A stretch of 64,000 nt of DNA, from contig JAEOTO010000008.1 in assembly GCA_016839805.1 (NCBI GenBank), positions 6,421 through 70,420 of the forward strand. The letters are read 5' to 3'. The translations under genes were made by a program, and so were the position numbers. The notes under the pieces are model-generated. The model worked only from the letters and a program-made list of their open reading frames with translations. It had not been told where the DNA came from and did no database searches. Shown piece after piece: positions 58,632 to 64,000 of the stretch (its first letter is position 1; every line of letters begins with the position of its first letter). This DNA comes from Candidatus Hermodarchaeota archaeon. Lineage in GTDB: Archaea; Asgardarchaeota; Hermodarchaeia; Hermodarchaeales; Hermodarchaeaceae.

Positions 58632-61331
58632 CTATTTCTTCTTGGCTTTCTTACTCTTTTCAGACATTACGGCTGCTAATTCACGAGCAGCCCAAACTAG
58701 GTAGCTTGCTGTATCTTCTCTAGTATATGTTTCTCGAATTCGTTTTTCGATTTCGTTGAGCTGTCGGTTTCGTTCAGCTTTCGGCGCTGCGGGGTTATAG
58801 TCAGCAAGGAATACCCGAAGCGCCTTGTGCCATTCATCAAGTTCCTTAATTTTGTCCAACCATTGTGATTCTAAATCACGGATAGTTGTGAAGATATTAA
58901 TCGCCTCTGGCAAGGAATTCGCGGTTTCTAACTTTTCACGTAGGTTTGAAAGTGTATCCATTGGAAAAATAATTTTACTGAATTCGCGAGGTCTGGCATC
59001 GTAAACGCGTTTAATCGTCGAATAGTATTCAGTGGTATTTTCAAGAAGCCCTTCGAAGGCTTTAGCAGTTTTTTGCTCCATATTACGGAGAATGTCTATT
59101 ACGCTTTTTTGAGCCTCAACTAATGCCATACAAATTTCTAAGACTGTAGTAACCTGTTCCGTTTCTAACGCATCAGGCACCCGGGCAAGTAGTTCTTTTA
59201 ATTTAATTACTATTTCAGCCTGCCCATGTCGTTCAAGAAGATCTGTTACAGAATTTAGATTACGCCAAACTTCATTCGCTTTGGCTCGTAAATCCTTGAG
59301 TAATTTAGCTTCGGTAAGTAGTTCACGGAGTTCGTCGAACCGATCGGGAAGTTCTTCAATTGTCGCCGGCAGTTTATCTTGGAGTTTGACACATTTTTTC
59401 ACGTAAATATCTGCATTAATTCCGAGGGTTGCAGCTACACTAGTCAGTTCTGAGTATGCTTTAATTTGTTCATTGAGGGTTTGGTTGAAATAACCGACGA
59501 TACGTTTTTCGAAAAGTTCAACAACATGATGAGCTTTGCGGATAGCTTCTTCATATGTCTCACTGGCAGGCACTATGGTAGTCAGTTCCTGGATTGCCGA
59601 TTGAACTTCTGGCGGAATAGTCAAATTCATTCCAAGAAGCTTTGATACTGCTAGCCGAAGTTTAAGGTCTAGACGATACTTGAGGTTCTCGATTGCATCT
59701 TGGGCCTTATATAGAGCATCGCCCTGAGCTTCCCGAGCAACCTCCTCTATTTCTTCGAAGCTTTTGCTAGCACGGATTTGCGTTATGGCGCTTTCCAGAA
59801 ATTCTTCCATGGTTTTGAAAGATTCACGATAGGTGGGTTTAATGACCTGAATTTCAGCTAATAGCGCGTTCAGTTCGCGTTCCCAAGCTTTCCGGAAGAG
59901 ATCGATTCGATTCTCCACATGTTTGCTAAGCCGGGCAAAAGCTTCAACAAGCTCTGTAAAAGTAATATCAGAGCTGCGAACAGGAGCTGGAGCCGCGCCC
60001 ATAGTCGTTTTATCTAATATCGTAGTAGCCGTCTCAGATATTCGGGTAAGGAGTGCCTCCTGGGTTCTAATTTCTGCGAGAAGTCTACCATGTTCGTCAA
60101 TGATTCGCGCAGCAACTTCAGAGTACACTTTCACGAGAACTTTAAGATCACCTTTCTGAACCTTTTTTGAGGAATTCTTCACAAATTTATCCAGTTCCTT
60201 TGTTTGGGGAAGGACAGCTCGTTTGACGGCCCGTGTGAGATCATCAATAATTCGCATGGTTTCGCTTCGAATAGCGGTTTCCACGTTTGTCTTATACGCC
60301 TGTAAGCGTTCGTAACTTGCAATTAAAGTGGCCAGATCTGCATCCTTGGGGATTTCAGGGGGTGGAGGGGGAAGAAATGTCGCCTCATTTGAGATATTAG
60401 CACTGGCCAAGGTTCGGTTTAATCCATGTTCAAATTCAAGAATCTGACTACGAATTTCGCTTGAAGCTTTGAGCACTTGACCATCATACTGTTGGACTAA
60501 ACCAAGCAATGTGGTAAGACTAGAATCGTCTTTTAATTGTTTTTTGATGGCTTCTAATGAAGTTGAGATAGCCATGGGAACATTTAGGTTCAGGCTACGG
60601 GCTGTTTCTAAGAGAGAAAGGGTTGATTCAATGCTGCTTTCTAATTTTGCCCGTAAGGTGTCGACCACTTCACCACGTCTACTTGTCAGATATTCATGTT
60701 CTTTACGTAGTGTTTGACGCATCTCAAACAGATCGGTGATGTTATTAACTTGAATGGATTCACGTTCAGCACTGAGAGAAACATCGCTGGTATCAATTCC
60801 AACAAAACGATCATAGGTTTTTATCAGAGCGCGATTCTGTTCAAGCATATCATTAGTTTGCTTCAGTAATGCATCGCGAAGTTGTTTAGAAATTCCTTCG
60901 AGATTTGATACAAACCTGGCTAATACTGGGAGAACTACTGAAAATCCTCCTTGAGTTGAGGGAAAAGAGAGTTTATTCAGATCACGACCCAACTTGAGAT
61001 CGAAAGTCATAATTGTGGCTTTCAACTCTTCAAGTTCAGTCATGTAAGTTCGTAGGAGCCCAATATGAAGCTGTAATGCACGAGATAGATTACTCTCGAT
61101 TTGGGGAAGTCCTTCTTGTATTTGTTTATTTAAACGGCGTTTCTTTGGACTTAACGACCAGCTAGTCTTTGCATCTCTATCAAAACCTTCAAGAGTCACT
61201 AATTCGCGACCAACATCCTCAAGAGCTGTTTCCGGCTCAGATGGCAGCACGCCCATAATAGTCCTACATTTTGCGTTAATATCCTTGAGTGTTGAATAGT
61301 GTTTTCGTAACTCTGCTAATGATGCAGTCAC
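58632..61331 (-). CDS. 899-aa coiled-coil / alpha-helical protein, first gene of the tubulin-like operon
   Basis: A long ORF rich in E/K/R/L/Q heptad-like sequence, with a PPPPPE linker near residue 330 and a basic C-terminal tail KSKKAKKK. It uses a GTG start with GGGGG 8 nt upstream. Its stop lies 6 nt from the GTPase gene start. Confidence 0.7.
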   Translation of the reverse strand: MTASLAELRKHYSTLKDINAKCRTIMGVLPSEPETALEDVGRELVTLEGFDRDAKTSWSLSPKKRRLNKQIQEGLPQIESNLSRALQLHIGLLRTYMTELEELKATIMTFDLKLGRDLNKLSFPSTQGGFSVVLPVLARFVSNLEGISKQLRDALLKQTNDMLEQNRALIKTYDRFVGIDTSDVSLSAERESIQVNNITDLFEMRQTLRKEHEYLTSRRGEVVDTLRAKLESSIESTLSLLETARSLNLNVPMAISTSLEAIKKQLKDDSSLTTLLGLVQQYDGQVLKASSEIRSQILEFEHGLNRTLASANISNEATFLPPPPPEIPKDADLATLIASYERLQAYKTNVETAIRSETMRIIDDLTRAVKRAVLPQTKELDKFVKNSSKKVQKGDLKVLVKVYSEVAARIIDEHGRLLAEIRTQEALLTRISETATTILDKTTMGAAPAPVRSSDITFTELVEAFARLSKHVENRIDLFRKAWERELNALLAEIQVIKPTYRESFKTMEEFLESAITQIRASKSFEEIEEVAREAQGDALYKAQDAIENLKYRLDLKLRLAVSKLLGMNLTIPPEVQSAIQELTTIVPASETYEEAIRKAHHVVELFEKRIVGYFNQTLNEQIKAYSELTSVAATLGINADIYVKKCVKLQDKLPATIEELPDRFDELRELLTEAKLLKDLRAKANEVWRNLNSVTDLLERHGQAEIVIKLKELLARVPDALETEQVTTVLEICMALVEAQKSVIDILRNMEQKTAKAFEGLLENTTEYYSTIKRVYDARPREFSKIIFPMDTLSNLREKLETANSLPEAINIFTTIRDLESQWLDKIKELDEWHKALRVFLADYNPAAPKAERNRQLNEIEKRIRETYTREDTASYLVWAARELAAVMSEKSKKAKKK

Positions 61332-61494
61332 TTTCGAACCCCCAGGGTAAGTAGCTTACACTCACCGGTCTAGAAACATTGGAAAGTTAGTTCTTAACTC
61401 TTTTGAGCCAAACCAAATTAAGGAACAAGAGCTAAATTAAAGCCAAAGTTCATTTTTCATAACTATCTACTATACACACTGTTGACAAACAAGT

Positions 61495-62451
61495 ATGGAC
61501 CTCTGCATCATGACTGACCCGAAAAAAATAATGATGGCCCGAAAAAAACTGCTTCAGGCTGGAAAAATCGCCTCGAAGGCTTTAGCCTTTACTTGCGGAT
61601 TGGTGAAACCAAGTGCATCTCTATTAGATATAGTTGAAGCTGGTGAGACAAAAATAAAGGAACTAGGAGCGCAGCCTGCATTCCCCATCAATATCTCCAT
61701 GAATCACCACGCTGCCCATTACACACCTAGCCAAGAGGATGACACAACAGTACCAGAACGAGCTCTTGTAAAGGTTGATTTGGGTGCTCATATTGATGGA
61801 TATATTGCAGATAATGCCCTAACCGTCTTAGTCGGTAATGATGAAAAACTACAAACACTAGTCAAGGCTGCTGAAGCCGGACTACAGGCCGCAATTCACA
61901 CAATTCGAGCAGGCCTTCGAGTCTGGAACGTTTCCAAAGCGATATCAGAAGCCATGCGGAAATTAAAAACTCGTCCCATTGAAAATTTAACTGGACATAG
62001 CATTGAGATGTTTAACCTTCATGCAGGTATATCCGTACCAGCGGTAGCCCGCTCAAGCGAGCGATTCGCTTCACCACGACTTAAAGATCATATGGTAGTG
62101 GCCATCGAACCCTTTGCTACGTATAGTCAGAATCCCCGTGTGGAGAATCTGGAACCTGGTCACATCTTTGGGTTTGCCCGATCACGGAATCCAGGTAATG
62201 CAAAACTTAGGTCACTCTTCAGTCAGATGAAGGTAAAGTTCGCTCAGTTACCTTTCGCATCACGATGGATGGCAGAGTTAATTCCTACGGATCAGATTTC
62301 CTTAACTCTTAACAGGCTTCGAAAAGAAGGGTGCATTCATAATTATCCTTTGTTGGGATTACGAGATAGAAGTTTTATTGCTCAGGCGGAGCATACTGTG
62401 ATTGTTGAGCGAAACGGGTGTATAGTAACTACTAAGCGACATAAGAAATGA
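61495..62451 (+). CDS. map: methionine aminopeptidase (type 2, archaeal)
   Basis: Pita-bread fold motifs: VDLGAHIDGYIAD, the HSIE...H metal ligands, and EHTVIV. Confidence 0.85.
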   Translation: MDLCIMTDPKKIMMARKKLLQAGKIASKALAFTCGLVKPSASLLDIVEAGETKIKELGAQPAFPINISMNHHAAHYTPSQEDDTTVPERALVKVDLGAHIDGYIADNALTVLVGNDEKLQTLVKAAEAGLQAAIHTIRAGLRVWNVSKAISEAMRKLKTRPIENLTGHSIEMFNLHAGISVPAVARSSERFASPRLKDHMVVAIEPFATYSQNPRVENLEPGHIFGFARSRNPGNAKLRSLFSQMKVKFAQLPFASRWMAELIPTDQISLTLNRLRKEGCIHNYPLLGLRDRSFIAQAEHTVIVERNGCIVTTKRHKK

Positions 62452-62461
62452 GGATAACGGT

Positions 62462-63799
62462 ATGGATTATGTCAGTTTACTTCGACATCTTGTTGCTTTT
62501 CCAACAATAAATAATCCTGCTCAAGATATTCGCCCTACTCGTGAATGCCCTGAATTCCTAAAAAATCAGCTAACAGAGTTGGACCTCAATGCCCAGATTC
62601 TAAAACAAAAGGGTTTTTTTTCTGTACTTGCCACTCATGGAACTGGACGTCCGGTAACCCTTTTTCTTGCACACTTTGATGTGGTTCCGATTGGTCAAGG
62701 CTGGAACAGCGACCCCTTCGAACTAACCATTAATAACGAATTGGGATATGGTCGTGGTACAGCAGATGACAAGGGAAACGTTGTTGCCTTACTGCTCACA
62801 GCTGAGGCTCTCGCAAAACAAGATTTGTCTGGAACCGTAGCATTTGCAATGACAGGTGATGAAGAAATTGGTGGAGCAAATGGTGCTAGTTTAGTACGAA
62901 AAACTCTTGAGAAACAAAACTTGTTTCCCGATTACTTAATCACTGCCGATGGCGTAGGAATGCAAATTGTTACACGACGCCGAAACACCTGTGGAATCAC
63001 TATCTCAGTACCTAAAGCAGAAGAAATCCGCCAGGGAACCCCTGAAAAGCATCGGTTTACCACCGACTATGTTGGACGCCAATCTCGTCATTCTGCCTAC
63101 TTTTTGCCTGGTGTTGATCGCCATGCCCTTCTTACAGCCTCGAGTTTTTTACTCCACCATCCCCAAATCAAAGTTTCACAAGTGACCGGTGGTTTTGTTA
63201 AAAGCAATGTGGTTCCTGATTGGTTTGAAATAGACGGACTAAATCTTGCCAATATAACTAACTCCGAGGAACTTTCTTGTAATGTGAATCTCACTCGCTT
63301 AATACAGACGCTTCTTCCACTTTCTCGAATTCAATTTCCAACAAGACTTAGCGACTATGGAATAACCTTATGCCCCAATCTCCTCTATGAAAAGAAGAAT
63401 CGATGGGAAGCTTATTTTGATGGACGGGCAATGACCACTAATACCGAAGTTGTAGAAGCCGCAATCGAAGCAATTCTTAACGAAAAACTTCACGATATCA
63501 AGTACCAGACCATCGTCCGAATGGGTAAGGCTTTCATGAACACTCCCACTGATTCCCATCTAGTGAAAACCGCTCAAAAGGTAGCCCTCAGACAAGATTT
63601 GAAAACCCAACCTATCGAATTGGGTGGAGCCAGTGACACACGCCATTTCTCAGATCGCCCTATCGAAGCAATTGATTTTGGACCAATAGGCTTTGGCGTC
63701 CATGGCTCAAACGAACATGTTGTTTTAGAATCAATTCCACAAACTGCACAGTTCTACATTCAATTGGCAGTAGCCCTCCACAGCGTAAAAAGAGCTTAG
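62462..63799 (+). CDS. M20-family metallopeptidase (ArgE/DapE/CPS-like)
   Basis: HFDVVP...GRGTADDKG...TGDEEIGG metal-binding motifs typical of peptidase M20. Confidence 0.8.
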   Translation: MDYVSLLRHLVAFPTINNPAQDIRPTRECPEFLKNQLTELDLNAQILKQKGFFSVLATHGTGRPVTLFLAHFDVVPIGQGWNSDPFELTINNELGYGRGTADDKGNVVALLLTAEALAKQDLSGTVAFAMTGDEEIGGANGASLVRKTLEKQNLFPDYLITADGVGMQIVTRRRNTCGITISVPKAEEIRQGTPEKHRFTTDYVGRQSRHSAYFLPGVDRHALLTASSFLLHHPQIKVSQVTGGFVKSNVVPDWFEIDGLNLANITNSEELSCNVNLTRLIQTLLPLSRIQFPTRLSDYGITLCPNLLYEKKNRWEAYFDGRAMTTNTEVVEAAIEAILNEKLHDIKYQTIVRMGKAFMNTPTDSHLVKTAQKVALRQDLKTQPIELGGASDTRHFSDRPIEAIDFGPIGFGVHGSNEHVVLESIPQTAQFYIQLAVALHSVKRA

Positions 63800-64000
63800 G
63801 GTGCCCTCTCGGGACCAGGGATGCGGGGTATAGTTGGAGCAGGAGTTTTCACTAAAGTTTCATTTATTGTAAGATATCCCATTGACACGATAATGCGTAT
63901 AAATACTATTGTGAGCATCATTAGGATAACAGCGGTGGTGTAGGGCAATAGAAGTGAGATGTAATCTAGCACAAATCCAGAAACCATTGCTGCTGCAAAA

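Noticed and set aside
63796-63987. 63-aa hydrophobic minus-strand ORF at the window edge
   Set aside because: It is short and has no start context or motif. The window ends shortly after, so it cannot be evaluated.
1-64000. CRISPR arrays, IS elements, integrases or rRNA genes
   Set aside because: I saw no regularly spaced direct repeats, transposase or integrase motifs, or rRNA-like conserved stretches while reading the window.

Overview
This 64-kb window looks like an archaeal chromosome segment with low to moderate GC. That call is an inference from the gene content: proteasome alpha subunit, archaemetzincin, archaeal-type fructose-1,6-bisphosphate aldolase/phosphatase, a porGDAB pyruvate:ferredoxin oxidoreductase operon, a NYN-domain protein, a cyclic-2,3-diphosphoglycerate-synthetase-like protein, and a tRNA-Arg with an archaeal-style GC-rich acceptor stem and encoded CCA. 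Gene density is high on both strands. The stand-out locus is a tight three-gene minus-strand operon at about 56.2-61.3 kb. It encodes an 899-aa coiled-coil/alpha-helical protein, a 451-aa highly divergent FtsZ/tubulin-superfamily GTPase, and a 336-aa helical protein, with a coiled-coil plus winged-HTH gene converging on it. The GTPase has recognisable T1, T3, T4 and T7 motifs but is not a canonical FtsZ, CetZ or tubulin. I regard this operon as a candidate undescribed cytoskeletal or partition-like system. Other notable content is listed below.
- A roughly 1000-aa kinase / M23-like / class-III aminotransferase fusion, near a split lysine-ketoglutarate reductase + saccharopine dehydrogenase pair.
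- A leucine-rich-repeat protein translationally coupled to an isoprenylcysteine-carboxyl-methyltransferase-family enzyme.
- Two paralogous double-FtsX (MacB-like) ABC permease loci with unusual ATPase complements.
- A decayed radical-SAM/SPASM remnant next to a TIGR04076-like gene.
- A DinB-like pseudogene.
- A sharp GC-rich mosaic segment inside porB/porA.
- An argS gene divergent from its cognate tRNA-Arg(UCG).
All functional calls come from motif and family recognition by eye; no database searches were run.
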